From positions 186,025 to 250,024 of the forward strand of contig JASFLY010000002.1 of NCBI GenBank assembly GCA_050117845.1: 64,000 bases of DNA, in the 5' to 3' direction. Below, in pieces: positions 30,096-40,329 of this stretch. The DNA comes from Candidatus Zixiibacteriota bacterium. GTDB taxonomy: Bacteria; RBG-13-66-14; B26-G2; WVWN01. The position numbers and the translations under genes are program-made. Numbering within the stretch: the stretch's first letter is position 1; each line of letters begins with the position of its first letter. A model generated the notes under the pieces. It made no database searches, had not been told where the DNA came from, and saw only the letters and a program-made list of their open reading frames with translations.

Positions 30096-31605
30096 AACGA
30101 GGACCGGCCTCGGCGGCCTGGCGACGGCCGTGGCCGTGTGCGTGGCGGCCGGGGCCCTCGCGGCCGGCCGCGGCATACAGGAGGCCGTGTTCTTCCTCAT
30201 CCTGGGCCTGACCGCCGCCGCCGCGATTTCCGGCTGGGCGTCCCGCTTCAAGTGGGTCCTCCCGGCGCTCGTCTGGACCGCCCTCTCCCTCCCCTTCGTG
30301 AAGCACCTCGGCAGCGAGGGCGGCGCCCCGGCGATAAACGCCGACCACGTCATCCTGTTTCCGGTGGACTTCATTCTGGCCGTCGCGCTGGCCTGGGCCG
30401 TATTATCGGCCGTAAAGCGGGCCGAAGGGGGCGGCCGGGACGTTCGAAGCGTCGCCCGGGCGTTGGCGGACCTCTTCAAACCGGACCTGGTCGCCGCCGC
30501 GATAATCGCGCTGGCCGCCGCCGCGATACTCTCCGCCTACAACGCGCCGCGGCCGGAGCTGGCCTTCATCGCGCTCGTCGACCTCGCCCGCCTCTACGCC
30601 GGGTACGTCCTCTTCCGGCGGCTGGCCGCCGACGGGCCGACGCCGGTAGCCATAGGATTCCTCGCCGCCGCCGCATTCCAGGGGGCGCTCTGTCTCGTCG
30701 AATTCGGCGCCCAAAACAACTTCGGCCTCTGGGAAAAACCGGGTTGGGGCGCCTTTATCTTCGCCGGCGCGAGCCCGGACGCCGGCGGCCTCCTCCTGGC
30801 CCGGGGCGGCGGGACCTTCGAACCGAACACCACCGCCCAGTTCCTGCAGATGGCGGTACCGTTCGCGGCGGCCTACTTTTTAACCGGGGCCTCCCGCAAG
30901 GCCCGGTGGTCGTACCTCGCGGCGCTGCTCTTGACCCTGGGCGGCGCCTTCGCGACCTTCTCCCGGGGCGGCTGGTTGGGCGCGGCCGTGGCCCTCGCCA
31001 TCGTCGCGGCCGGCGCCTGGGCCCGGAAGAAAAGCATGCCCATCCGGGCCGGCGGCCTCGTCGCCCTGACCGTCGTCGGCGTCGCCCTCCTTATTCCCGC
31101 GGCCGTGGTGATGTTCGCCCGCGGCGCCGAGGGCGACCAGTTGTCCGCCGCCTCCCGCCTCGACGACTGGGAAACCGCCCTCGCCATGATACGGGACCAC
31201 CCGCTAATCGGCGTGGGCCGCGGCAACTACCTCGAACTCTCCCGCCTCTACAACCCGTGGGCCCTCGCGTATCCGGTGCATAATATCTATTTGTATATGT
31301 TGGCCGAGACGGGGATAGTAGGCTTCGGCGCGTTCTTACTGCTGCTCTACGGCGTGTTCCGCGCGGCCGGCCGGGCCCTGCGCAAGGCGGCCTCGAACCC
31401 CTACACCGCCACGTTCGGCCTGGCCGGCACGGCCACGTTTGGCCTGGCGGCCCTCGGGGCCTTCGCCGGCATCGCCCTGCGGATGTTCGTCTCCATGTCC
31501 TTCGTCCACCCCTTCGTATTCCTCACCTTCGTGGCGCTGGCGGCGGCCGCCGCCGGGGCCGTACGCTCCTCCTCAACCGATAACTCTTCCGGCAGCGCCG
31601 GATAA
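30076..31605 (+). CDS. O-antigen ligase (Wzy_C) family membrane protein
   Basis: GGTFEPN, TFSRGGWLG, SRL..W..A..MI.DHPLIGVG.GNY, VHNIYL..LAETGIVG. Confidence 0.85.
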   Translation: MNITSDKTRTGLGGLATAVAVCVAAGALAAGRGIQEAVFFLILGLTAAAAISGWASRFKWVLPALVWTALSLPFVKHLGSEGGAPAINADHVILFPVDFILAVALAWAVLSAVKRAEGGGRDVRSVARALADLFKPDLVAAAIIALAAAAILSAYNAPRPELAFIALVDLARLYAGYVLFRRLAADGPTPVAIGFLAAAAFQGALCLVEFGAQNNFGLWEKPGWGAFIFAGASPDAGGLLLARGGGTFEPNTTAQFLQMAVPFAAAYFLTGASRKARWSYLAALLLTLGGAFATFSRGGWLGAAVALAIVAAGAWARKKSMPIRAGGLVALTVVGVALLIPAAVVMFARGAEGDQLSAASRLDDWETALAMIRDHPLIGVGRGNYLELSRLYNPWALAYPVHNIYLYMLAETGIVGFGAFLLLLYGVFRAAGRALRKAASNPYTATFGLAGTATFGLAALGAFAGIALRMFVSMSFVHPFVFLTFVALAAAAAGAVRSSSTDNSSGSAG

Positions 31606-31606
31606 A

Positions 31607-33001
31607 ATGACCCGCGTTATTATAATCGGCCTCGACGGTTTCGGCCCGGCCTTCACCCGCCGGGTCTTCGACGCCGGCCTTATGCCCTTCCTGGCCTCCC
31701 GCGCCGGCGACGGCGTTTGGGGGCCGGCCGCCTCGACGGTCCCGCCGGTCTCCACGGCGGCCTGGACGACCATTACGACCGGCGTCGGCATAGGCCGGCA
31801 CGGCATCGTCGACTTCCGCCGCCGCACCCCCGCCGATTACGGCTTCACGGAACCGGGCCGCTTCGTCAACGGCGACGACGTCCGGGCCCCCCGCCTCTAC
31901 GACCTGGCCGGCGAAGCGGGCGCGCGCTGCTTCGTCCTCAACGTCCCCGTCACGTATCCGGCGCGGGAAATAAACGGCGTCATGGTCGCGGGGATGCTCA
32001 CGCCCCCGGGGAGCGACCGCGGCTGCTGGCCGGCCGACTTCCGGCAGCACCTGGCCGATTACTCGTACGACCTCGACGAGCCGGTCCCCGCGGACCTGCC
32101 GGCGCTGTGCCGCCGCCTCGAGGACCTGGCTACCGGGCGGGCCCGCGTGGCCGAGGCCGCCTTCGGCCGGGAACGCTTCGACCTCGGCATGGTCGTCTTC
32201 ACCGGCCCGGACCGCCTCTTCCACCGGCACTACGCCGAGGTTTGCGCGCCCGAGGACCCGGCGGCCATTCCGCCCCCGGCCGCGTCGTACCTCCGGACGC
32301 TGGACGGGGCCTGCGAACGGATTTGCGCCGCCTTCGGCGAGGACGCCGCTTTTATAATATGTTCCGACCACGGCTTCGGCCCCGGGCCGCGGCAGGCCTT
32401 TTTCGTCAACCGGGCGCTCAAAAAAGCGGGCCTTTTGGCCGTCCGGCCCGCGTTCTCGCCCTACGCGTTGAACATAATGCTTTTCGGCCTAAAGAAACTC
32501 CTGGGCAAGGCGAAGCCGCTCCCCGTGGACTGGCGGCGGAGCGCCGCGTACGGCTTCCCCCTGTATATGGGCTGGGGCGGCGTATTCCTCAACGTCCGGG
32601 GCGAGCAGCCGGAGGGCATCGTGGATACGGCGGACGTGGCCGGCGTCGCCGAACGGGTCGCCCGGGCGCTCGAGGATTCGGCGGCGACGCGATGGGTAAA
32701 AACGCGCGCCGAACTTTACGACGGCCCCGCGATAACGGAGCTCCCGCACGTCGTATTCGAGGCCGAGGCCGGGACGGTCGTGAGCGAGGGAAAGGGCCCC
32801 GGGCCGCTCGTCGCGCCCTACGAGGACGCCCGCAAGCTCGGCGAACACACGTCCCAGGCCATAATGGCCGTCGCCGGCGGCGGCGTATCGGCGCAAATGC
32901 CGGCCTCGCCCGGCATCGCGGACGTGGCCGCCACCGCCGCGGCCCTACTGGGACTCGACGTTCGCCCCTTCGACGGCGTGCCGTGGGCGCCGATTTCTTA
33001 A
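31607..33001 (+). CDS. Alkaline-phosphatase-superfamily phosphodiesterase / nucleotide pyrophosphatase
   Basis: IIGLDG, STVPPVS..AW...TG...G.HGI.DF, DRLFH, SDHGF, GEH. Confidence 0.85.
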   Translation: MTRVIIIGLDGFGPAFTRRVFDAGLMPFLASRAGDGVWGPAASTVPPVSTAAWTTITTGVGIGRHGIVDFRRRTPADYGFTEPGRFVNGDDVRAPRLYDLAGEAGARCFVLNVPVTYPAREINGVMVAGMLTPPGSDRGCWPADFRQHLADYSYDLDEPVPADLPALCRRLEDLATGRARVAEAAFGRERFDLGMVVFTGPDRLFHRHYAEVCAPEDPAAIPPPAASYLRTLDGACERICAAFGEDAAFIICSDHGFGPGPRQAFFVNRALKKAGLLAVRPAFSPYALNIMLFGLKKLLGKAKPLPVDWRRSAAYGFPLYMGWGGVFLNVRGEQPEGIVDTADVAGVAERVARALEDSAATRWVKTRAELYDGPAITELPHVVFEAEAGTVVSEGKGPGPLVAPYEDARKLGEHTSQAIMAVAGGGVSAQMPASPGIADVAATAAALLGLDVRPFDGVPWAPIS

Positions 33002-33110
33002 GGCCGATTATAAAGAGGCGCGGCGTTTTTCCTTGACGGCATTAAGAATATTGGTTTATAATGTCTGGACTATCTATAGACAAAACAGCGGCGTTTGCCG
33101 TTGATTTGAT

Positions 33111-34565
33111 ATGAGCCGGTTGAGCCCGAGAGATGCCGCCAAGCTTCGGCGTTACGAGACGTTGCTTGAGCGGGAACCCAATGCATTGGTGTTCGCGCCG
33201 CTGGCCAGCCTCTACGCCCGGCAGTACGACTTCCAGAAAGCAGTCGTTTGCCTGAAGCAGGGCCTGGCTATCTATCCCAATTACTTCAGCGCCCGCGTCC
33301 TCTTGGCGCGGTGCTATATCGCGCTCGACGATTTCGAATTCGCCGTAAGCGAACTCGAGAAGGTACTCTCCGCCGACCCGTACAACGTTTCCGCGCTCGG
33401 CCTTTTGGGTGACGAACTCCGCAACCGCGGCCGATTGGCCGAAGCCCGCGACCATTACCTTAAAATCCTCGAAATCGAACCGGAAAACGAGGAATACTCG
33501 TACAAGCTGGAACTCCTGAGCACGCTTATCGAGGGGAGCCCGTTCACCCGGGAGTCCGAGGAAGAGGTCCCGGCGGAAGTCGAAGATATTACGCCGCCCG
33601 AAGCCGAAATCGAACTGCCGCCGACCGAGGAACTCGAACCCGCCGAGCTGGAACTTGTGGAAGAGGTCGACGAGGTGGCGGACGTCGCGGCCCTGGCGGT
33701 GGATGCCGACGACGAGGAGCCGGCGGACGAGGAACTGGCCACGCTGACCCTCGCCCGGATATACGAGGACCAGGGCCTTTTCGTACGGGCGAAGGAGATA
33801 ATCGAGAAGGTCGTCGCCCGCGAACCGGCCAACGCCGCCGCCCGGGACGCGTTCGCGCATATCTCGGCCCTCATCGCCAGCGAGGAGTCGCCCTCCGGGG
33901 CGTCGGTTCTCCAGCTTATCCAGAAGGTCGAAGCGGTATCGGGCCTCCTGGAACGCGACGAAATCGAGATGTGGGAAGAGGTCTCGGCCGGCGTGGAGGA
34001 CGCCCTTACGGGCCACGAGGAGATAACGCTGGCGCAGGCCGTGGCCGCGGCGACGGGCATCACGTCCCACGACCGTTTCGTCATCCAGAGCGACCACCGC
34101 GCGGCCTGGGAACTGGACCTCCCCGGCTTCGCGGCGGCCGCGGGCGAGGGCGGCGCCGAGGAAATGCAACTCGAGCTGCCGCTGACGTCGTTGCTCGATA
34201 TGGAATCGGGGATAAACATCGCCGAGTTGGCGGCGCAGTTGTCGATGGGAGAGTTCGGCACCGACGAAATCGAAGTGCGGCCGGCCCACGTCGACCGGAT
34301 GGAAGTGGCCGAAACCGTGGCCGGCGACGCCGGAGCGAGCGGCCGTGACGACTTCTCGTTGGACCTGAAGGCCCGGATAAGCGGCCGGCCGGCGGAGGAG
34401 ACGGAACCGCCCGCCGTGGAGGAACCGCCGCCCGCCCGGGACGAATTCGCGGTGCAGCCCGAACGCTACCAGGCGCGCAAACCGCTCGAGCTCGAGCGGG
34501 AGCCGTTCAAAAAAGACGAGGACTTCCTGGGGTGGTTGGACTCCATTAGACTTAAAGAACTCTAG
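33111..34565 (+). CDS. TPR protein with long acidic linker
   Basis: N-terminal TPRs (FAPLASLY...GLAIYPNY); ATLTLARIYEDQG; TTGACG-18-TATAAT promoter at 33033. Confidence 0.8.
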   Translation: MSRLSPRDAAKLRRYETLLEREPNALVFAPLASLYARQYDFQKAVVCLKQGLAIYPNYFSARVLLARCYIALDDFEFAVSELEKVLSADPYNVSALGLLGDELRNRGRLAEARDHYLKILEIEPENEEYSYKLELLSTLIEGSPFTRESEEEVPAEVEDITPPEAEIELPPTEELEPAELELVEEVDEVADVAALAVDADDEEPADEELATLTLARIYEDQGLFVRAKEIIEKVVAREPANAAARDAFAHISALIASEESPSGASVLQLIQKVEAVSGLLERDEIEMWEEVSAGVEDALTGHEEITLAQAVAAATGITSHDRFVIQSDHRAAWELDLPGFAAAAGEGGAEEMQLELPLTSLLDMESGINIAELAAQLSMGEFGTDEIEVRPAHVDRMEVAETVAGDAGASGRDDFSLDLKARISGRPAEETEPPAVEEPPPARDEFAVQPERYQARKPLELEREPFKKDEDFLGWLDSIRLKEL

Positions 34566-34602
34566 TCGGCCCGCGGGGTCGACCCAATTGCCGGAGGTCG
34601 GT

Positions 34603-34959
34603 GTGGATTTCAAACAGATGTTGACGGCTTTGCTGGAACGGGTCGAGGGAACCGTGGCCGCGTTCTTTTGCGGCACCGACGGCATCGGCGTCGAGAACGT
34701 AACCATAAAACCCGACCTCGAAACCGCCGTAACCGAAGTGGAACTCGCGACGGCGCTCAAGGTTATTACGGACGTCTCGCAGAACCTGGCGCTGGGGCGG
34801 GTGGCGGAATTGATATTCGAGACGGAGAAGATAACCATCCTCATAGAGAAGACCAAGGACGATTATTTCCTGTGTCTGCTCCTGAAGCCGGGCGGGAACG
34901 TGGGCCGCGGCCGCATCGAACTTAAAAAACTAGCCGGAAAACTGGCGAAAGAAATCTAA
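34603..34959 (+). CDS. Roadblock/LC7 domain protein (MglC-like)
   Basis: F..ML..LLERVEG..AA....TDGI.VE ... GNVGRGR.EL. Confidence 0.8.
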   Translation: MDFKQMLTALLERVEGTVAAFFCGTDGIGVENVTIKPDLETAVTEVELATALKVITDVSQNLALGRVAELIFETEKITILIEKTKDDYFLCLLLKPGGNVGRGRIELKKLAGKLAKEI

Positions 34960-34974
34960 CCGGAGTCGAGCGCC

Positions 34975-35331
34975 GTGAAAAAAACGATGGACGTACTGCA
35001 CAAGTTGGCCGCGCTCGACGGCGTTCGGGCCGTGCTTATCATATCGGCCGACGGTTTTCCGCTGGAATCGGTTATCAACGATAAAACCCTGGATGCGGAC
35101 GAACTCGCGGCCCTGGTGCGCGACGGCGCCGCCGCCGCCCGGGACATGGTGGAAGAGGTCGACTCCGCGCAATTCGTGCAGGGGGTTTTCGAACACTCCA
35201 AGGGGTCCATTCTACTAACCAACCTCCCGCTCCGTATGACCCTCGCGATACTCGCGGGCAAGGGGGGGAACAAACCGGCGCTCTGGAACGCCGCGGCGAC
35301 GCACTTCCCGGAAGTAATCCGGGCGCTGTAA
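34975..35331 (+). CDS. Roadblock/LC7 domain protein (MglB-like)
   Basis: GVRAVLIISADGFPLE...DELAAL. Confidence 0.8.
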   Translation: MKKTMDVLHKLAALDGVRAVLIISADGFPLESVINDKTLDADELAALVRDGAAAARDMVEEVDSAQFVQGVFEHSKGSILLTNLPLRMTLAILAGKGGNKPALWNAAATHFPEVIRAL

Positions 35332-35350
35332 CGGCCCGACTCGCGCCGAC

Positions 35351-35485
35351 GTAAAATTTACCTTCCCCGGTCCCGATTCGGGGCCGCTTGGCCAGCGTGA
35401 GCCCGGAGTACGCGGTACGCTAACGCTGGCCGAAATAAACGGACGGGCGCCCGGCGCCCACCTCAAACCTGGACTTATATTATGA
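35351..35485 (+). pseudogene. aroQ: Degenerate N-terminal relic of type II 3-dehydroquinate dehydratase
   Basis: Reads VKFTFPGPDSGPLGQREPGVRGTLTLAEINGR; compare AroQ N-terminus (NGPNLNLLG.REP..YG..TL..I). No valid start codon (GTA). Confidence 0.6.
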
Positions 35486-36042
35486 TAAACACGAACGACC
35501 TGCGGGCCGGAAAGGCCATAGAACTCGACGGAACGCCTTACGTGGTAACCAAGTTCGCGCACGTGAAACCGGGCAAGGGCCCGGCCTTCGTCCGCGTCAC
35601 GCTCAAGAACCTGTTGACCGGCGCCAGCCACGAGCAAACCCTCCGCTCCAGTGAAAAAGTGAAGACGGCGCGGCTCGACGAGCGCACCGCCACGTTCATG
35701 TACGCGACCGGCGACGAGTATCACTTCATGGACGAGAACACGTACGAGGAATTCGCCCTCCCTCCCCAGGACCTCGACGACGCCGCCCAGTGGCTCAAGG
35801 ACGGAACGTCTATTAAGCTCGTTTTCTACGAGGGCCGGCCGGTGGCGGTGGAGGTCCCGAACTTCCTCGAACTTACGATAACCGAAACCGACCCCGGCGT
35901 CCGGGGCGACACCGCCTCCGGAGGTTCGAAGGCGGCGACGCTGGAAACGGGCGCGGTCGTAAATGTCCCGCTTTTTATCAACGAGGGCGATATTATACGC
36001 GTCGATACCCGGTCCGGAGACTACGTCGACCGGGTGAAATAA
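35482..36042 (+). CDS. efp: Elongation factor P
   Basis: HVKPGKGPAFVR, TDPGVRGDTASGGSKAATLETG, VPLFI. Confidence 0.97.
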   Translation: MINTNDLRAGKAIELDGTPYVVTKFAHVKPGKGPAFVRVTLKNLLTGASHEQTLRSSEKVKTARLDERTATFMYATGDEYHFMDENTYEEFALPPQDLDDAAQWLKDGTSIKLVFYEGRPVAVEVPNFLELTITETDPGVRGDTASGGSKAATLETGAVVNVPLFINEGDIIRVDTRSGDYVDRVK

Positions 36043-36078
36043 GGCCGACGCCGCTCGAAACGAAGAGGAGCCATCGCT

Positions 36079-36558
36079 TTGAACATCGGTAAGTTGCAAA
36101 AAATACTCGACCTTATGGACGAACGCGGCGTCGCGGAAATCGAGGTCCGGTCGTGGTTTCGGACCGTCCGAATAAGCCGCGCCTCCGCGGGCGCGAACGT
36201 CTCGTTTATCAGCGCCGGGGCAACGCCGCCAGGCCAGGCCGTGCCGGCCCCGGTCGCCCAGGCCGCCCCCCTGCCGGAAGCCGCCGCCCCCGCGGCCGCC
36301 GAAGAAGAGGACGAAAACCTCGTCGTCGTCAAGTCCCCCATGGTGGGCACTTTCTATCGGGCGCCGGCGCCCGACGCCGATCCCTTCGTCGCCGCGGGCG
36401 ACAAGGTTTCGCGCGGCACCGTGCTGTGCATCATCGAAGCCATGAAAATAATGAACGAAATCGAGAGCGAATACGCCGGGACCGTCGTCCGGGTCCACGT
36501 CGCGAACGCCGAACCGGTCGAGTACGGCCAACCGCTCTTCAGCCTGAAACCGGCTTAA
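36079..36558 (+). CDS. accB: Acetyl-CoA carboxylase biotin carboxyl carrier protein
   Basis: [28 protein letters not shown]. Confidence 0.95.
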   Translation: MNIGKLQKILDLMDERGVAEIEVRSWFRTVRISRASAGANVSFISAGATPPGQAVPAPVAQAAPLPEAAAPAAAEEEDENLVVVKSPMVGTFYRAPAPDADPFVAAGDKVSRGTVLCIIEAMKIMNEIESEYAGTVVRVHVANAEPVEYGQPLFSLKPA

Positions 36559-36579
36559 CCTCAGTGAAGGTCGAGACCA

Positions 36580-37929
36580 TTGTTCGATAAGATACTGATA
36601 GCCAACCGCGGCGAAATCGCCGTCCGCGTAATCCGGGCCTGCCGGGAACTCGGCGTCAAGACAGTCGCCATTTACAGCGAGGCCGACGCCGACAGCCTGC
36701 ACGTGCGCTACGCCGACGAGGCCTACTGCATCGGCCCGGCCGAGAGTTCCAAGTCGTACCTCAACGTTCCCCGCGTCATCGCGGCGGCGGAGGTCACCGA
36801 CGCCGAGGCCGTGCACCCGGGTTACGGCTTTCTGGCCGAGAACCCCTACTTCGCGGAAGCCTGCGAGGCGTCGAATATAACTTTCATCGGGCCGACGTAC
36901 GAGACCATAACCGACGTCGGCGACAAGGCCGCGGCCCGGCGCATCATGGCCGGGGCCGGCGTCCCGCTGGTCCCGGGGAGCCCGGGACCCGTGAAGAACG
37001 TGGACGACGCCCTCGCCGTGGCCGAGGACGTGGGATACCCCGTCATGGTCAAGGCCGTCGCCGGCGGCGGCGGCCGGGGCATGCGGATCGTCCACACCCC
37101 CGGCGCGCTCGCCAAGGCATACGCCACCGCCTCCGCGGAGGCCGAAACGGCGTTCGGCAACCCGGAAGTATATATAGAAAAAATGATACAGAACCCCCGC
37201 CACGTCGAGGTGCAGATTCTGGGCGACGGCCGGGGGCACGTAATAGCGCTGGGCGAGCGCGACTGTTCCATCCAGCGCCGCCACCAAAAACTGGTGGAGG
37301 AATCCCCGGCGCCGGCGCTCCATCGCAAGACCCGCGATAAAATCCTGAACGCGGCCGTAGCGGGCGCCAAGGCCGTGAACTACCGCTCCGCCGGTACGGT
37401 GGAATTCCTCCTCGCGGACGACGGCAACTTCTATTTCATCGAAGTCAACGCCCGCGTTCAGGTGGAGCACCCGGTGACCGAGATGGTGACCGGCGTCGAC
37501 CTCATCAAGGAACAGATCCGCGTCGCCGCGGGAGCCGATATCCCCCGGCACAACCCCGAAATCACCGGCCACGCCATCGAGTGCCGTATCAACGCCGAGG
37601 ACCCGGAGCACGACTTCCGGCCTTCCCCGGGCAAGATTACGAATTACGTGGCGCCGGGCGGCCCGGGAGTCCGCGTCGACACACACATCTACCCGGGCTA
37701 CACTATCCCTCCCACTTACGATTCGCTCATCGCGAAACTGGTCGTTTGGGCGCCCGACCGCGAGGAAGCCATAGACCGGATGGCCCGGGCTCTGGCCGAG
37801 ACCTCCATCGAGGGCGTCGCCACCACCGTGCCGTTCCACTACCGCGTCGTGAAGTCGCGCATGTTCCGCGACGGCAACGTATCGACCGGGTTCGTGGCCG
37901 AACTCGAGGCGACCGAAATCAAGGAATAA
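36580..37929 (+). CDS. accC: Biotin carboxylase
   Basis: [52 protein letters not shown]. Confidence 0.97.
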   Translation: MFDKILIANRGEIAVRVIRACRELGVKTVAIYSEADADSLHVRYADEAYCIGPAESSKSYLNVPRVIAAAEVTDAEAVHPGYGFLAENPYFAEACEASNITFIGPTYETITDVGDKAAARRIMAGAGVPLVPGSPGPVKNVDDALAVAEDVGYPVMVKAVAGGGGRGMRIVHTPGALAKAYATASAEAETAFGNPEVYIEKMIQNPRHVEVQILGDGRGHVIALGERDCSIQRRHQKLVEESPAPALHRKTRDKILNAAVAGAKAVNYRSAGTVEFLLADDGNFYFIEVNARVQVEHPVTEMVTGVDLIKEQIRVAAGADIPRHNPEITGHAIECRINAEDPEHDFRPSPGKITNYVAPGGPGVRVDTHIYPGYTIPPTYDSLIAKLVVWAPDREEAIDRMARALAETSIEGVATTVPFHYRVVKSRMFRDGNVSTGFVAELEATEIKE

Positions 37930-37949
37930 CCCCGAAGCGGGGAAACGTT

Positions 37950-38702
37950 ATGGCGCCGCTTTCGCTCACTACCTGGCTTTCCGGTACCCCGCCCGCCGGC
38001 GGCGAGGGCGCGGCCGGGAAAACCGCCGTCGTCATCGACATCCTCCGCGCCACCTCCTCCATCGTGACGGCGCTCGGCAACGGCGCTGCGCGCGTCCTCC
38101 CCCGCACCGACGTCGAGGACGCCTTTGCCACCCGCGAACGGCTCGAGCGAGGCGGCGACGAGCCGGTCCTGGGAGGAGAGCGCGGCGGCTTCAAGGTCAG
38201 CGGCTTCGACGTCGGCAATTCGCCGCTGGAGTACGGGACGGACCGGGTGACGGGGAAACCCGTCGTCATCTGCACCTCCAACGGGACCGCCGCCCTCGAG
38301 CGCTGCCGCGACGCCTCGCGGCTCTTCGCCGCGTCCTTTCTGAACGCGGGGGCGACGGTGGAGGCCGTTGCCCGGGCCCCGGAGTCGGTGCTGTTGTGCT
38401 GCTCCGGCAAGGAGGGCACGGCCTCGCTCGAGGACATCGGATGCGCGGGCCTCCTCGCGAAAGCGCTGCTTTCGATTTACGACTACGAGACCGACGACGC
38501 GACGACGCTCGCGCTCATGCTCTGGGATCGCTACGATTCGGACCCGACGAAACTGCTCCGGGAATGCAATCACGGCCGTTATCTGGCGAGCCTCGGTTTC
38601 GAATCTGACTTAGAATATTGCAGCCGGTTGGACGCCTTTGCCCTGGCCGCGACGCCCGCCGAAGACGGGGAACTAATCGGCGTCGCTCAACCCCAGCGTT
38701 AG
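37950..38702 (+). CDS. comB: 2-phosphosulfolactate phosphatase family
   Basis: VVIDILRATSSI, GGERGG, FDVGNSP, TSNGT, SLED. Confidence 0.9.
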   Translation: MAPLSLTTWLSGTPPAGGEGAAGKTAVVIDILRATSSIVTALGNGAARVLPRTDVEDAFATRERLERGGDEPVLGGERGGFKVSGFDVGNSPLEYGTDRVTGKPVVICTSNGTAALERCRDASRLFAASFLNAGATVEAVARAPESVLLCCSGKEGTASLEDIGCAGLLAKALLSIYDYETDDATTLALMLWDRYDSDPTKLLRECNHGRYLASLGFESDLEYCSRLDAFALAATPAEDGELIGVAQPQR

Positions 38703-38710
38703 GGGGCGGT

Positions 38711-40090
38711 ATGGCCGCAGAAGAAGAGAGAAAAAGGCCCGTCGAAGACCCCCACCTCACCCGGGCGCAGGATTACGTGCGGGAGGGCCGGATCTCGGCC
38801 GCCTGCGCGGAGTACCTGCGTTACGCGGACAAATGCGAGGCGGGCGGCGACCTGATGACGGCCATCAAGTATTACTACAAGGTCGACGAGTACAAGCTCC
38901 TCGATATCAAGGCCCGGAAACGCCTGGCCGAACTCCTGGCCCGTGTCGGCAATAAAACCCGGGCCGTATCCACCCTCTTCGAGGTCGTCGACGAGTTCCT
39001 GGCCCAGGGCCTGGTGGAGGACGCCATCGACGTCCTGCGCCAGAACATCGACATCATCCCGGAGCGCCTCACGCTACGGTTCCGCCTGGCCGAGCTTTAC
39101 GAGCAGGAGGGCCAATCGCAAAAGGCCGTCAACATCTACCTCCAGGTGCTCGAGGACCATCCGGAGGAGGTCGAGGCCTGGGAAGCCCTGGGACGGCTCT
39201 ACGCCAGGCGCAACTCCGTCGAGGAGGCGCTGGACGCCTACCTCCGGGCGTCGCGCATCAACGAACAAATGGGGAACCTCATCGCCGCGGCCCGCGACTA
39301 CGAGGCCATCGCCTCCATCCAACACGACAGCACGCCGGCCCTTAAAAAGCTTATCGAGATATACGGCGAGTTGGGCTTCAAGAACGAGATGGTGGCCCGC
39401 ATGCTCGACCTCGCGCGCCTCGCCGAGGAACAGGGCGAGAAGGAGCGCGCCCTCTCCATATATTCCAAAATAATCGAAATCGAACCCGGCAACGAGGAGG
39501 CGCAAACGCGCCTCGGGAAATCGATTCAGGTCGTTTCCATCCTCCCCACCGGCGACAGCCTGGTGAAGGACGAGATCCCGTCGCCGGACGATATGCCCTC
39601 GGAACCGGAGGAGGAGACAAGGCCGGGCGAGACGGCCTTCCCTCCCGGCCGGGCCATCAAGACCGTGGACGACCTGTTGGGCTTCCGGCCCGACTCGGGC
39701 GAGAGCGAGGTCGGCGAGAGTCCGGAGGTCTGCTACGACCTGGGCCTGGCCTACCTCGAGATGGGGATAACGGAGGAGGCCATCCACTACCTCCAGCTCG
39801 CCTCCCACGAGCCGACGCTGCGGGTGCGGGCGTGCAACATGTTGGGCCTGTGTTTCCTCGAAAAAGAGATGCCGGACATGGCCGTCAAGGAGTTCGAGCG
39901 GGGCCTGAGGACGCCGAACCTGGCGGAGGGCGAGGCCGTGGGGTTGTACTACAACCTCGGCGTCGCGTGCGAACGCGTCGGCGACCACGTGCGGGCGCTG
40001 GACGAATACCGCAAGGCGTTCGCGATAGACGTGAATTACCTGGACATCCGCGAGAAGATAAGAAAGCTCCGGAACCGGGAGGGGTCTTAA
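38711..40090 (+). CDS. Multi-TPR protein with SgmX-like C-terminal TPR block
   Basis: Many TPRs, an acidic linker, then YDLGLAYLEMG..EEAI and YYNLG...D.NYLDI. Confidence 0.75.
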   Translation: MAAEEERKRPVEDPHLTRAQDYVREGRISAACAEYLRYADKCEAGGDLMTAIKYYYKVDEYKLLDIKARKRLAELLARVGNKTRAVSTLFEVVDEFLAQGLVEDAIDVLRQNIDIIPERLTLRFRLAELYEQEGQSQKAVNIYLQVLEDHPEEVEAWEALGRLYARRNSVEEALDAYLRASRINEQMGNLIAAARDYEAIASIQHDSTPALKKLIEIYGELGFKNEMVARMLDLARLAEEQGEKERALSIYSKIIEIEPGNEEAQTRLGKSIQVVSILPTGDSLVKDEIPSPDDMPSEPEEETRPGETAFPPGRAIKTVDDLLGFRPDSGESEVGESPEVCYDLGLAYLEMGITEEAIHYLQLASHEPTLRVRACNMLGLCFLEKEMPDMAVKEFERGLRTPNLAEGEAVGLYYNLGVACERVGDHVRALDEYRKAFAIDVNYLDIREKIRKLRNREGS

Positions 40091-40136
40091 CAGGCCTTGA
40101 CAAAAACCGGCTCGTATGCTAATAACTAGGGCGTAC

Positions 40137-40208
40137 GCGGGAATAGCTCAGTGGTAGAGCGCCACCTTGCCAAGGTGGATGTCGCGGGTTCAAATCCCGT
40201 TTCCCGCT
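40137..40208 (+). tRNA. tRNA-Gly (GCC)
   Basis: GCGGGAA/TTCCCGC acceptor stem, TAGCTCAGTGGTAGAGC D arm, CCACC-TTGCCAA-GGTGG anticodon arm, GGTTCAAATCCC T arm; TTGACA-17-TAATAA promoter at 40097; CCA not encoded. Confidence 0.97.
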
Positions 40209-40329
40209 CATCGAGCCGCCGGTCTCCGGCGGCTCTATTCTCGACCCTTCGTTGAACGCAGCGTAAGATATTAATTAAAAGCGCCTGTAATAGGCGCTTA
40301 TTTATATTTATAAATCCACGTAGGCATCG

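Noticed and set aside
35215..37839. Long antisense or alternate-frame ORFs (e.g. 874 aa here; also 33042-34856, 59462-61516, 4189-5703, 13493-14953)
   Set aside because: They overlap well-identified genes and are typical shadow ORFs of high-GC DNA
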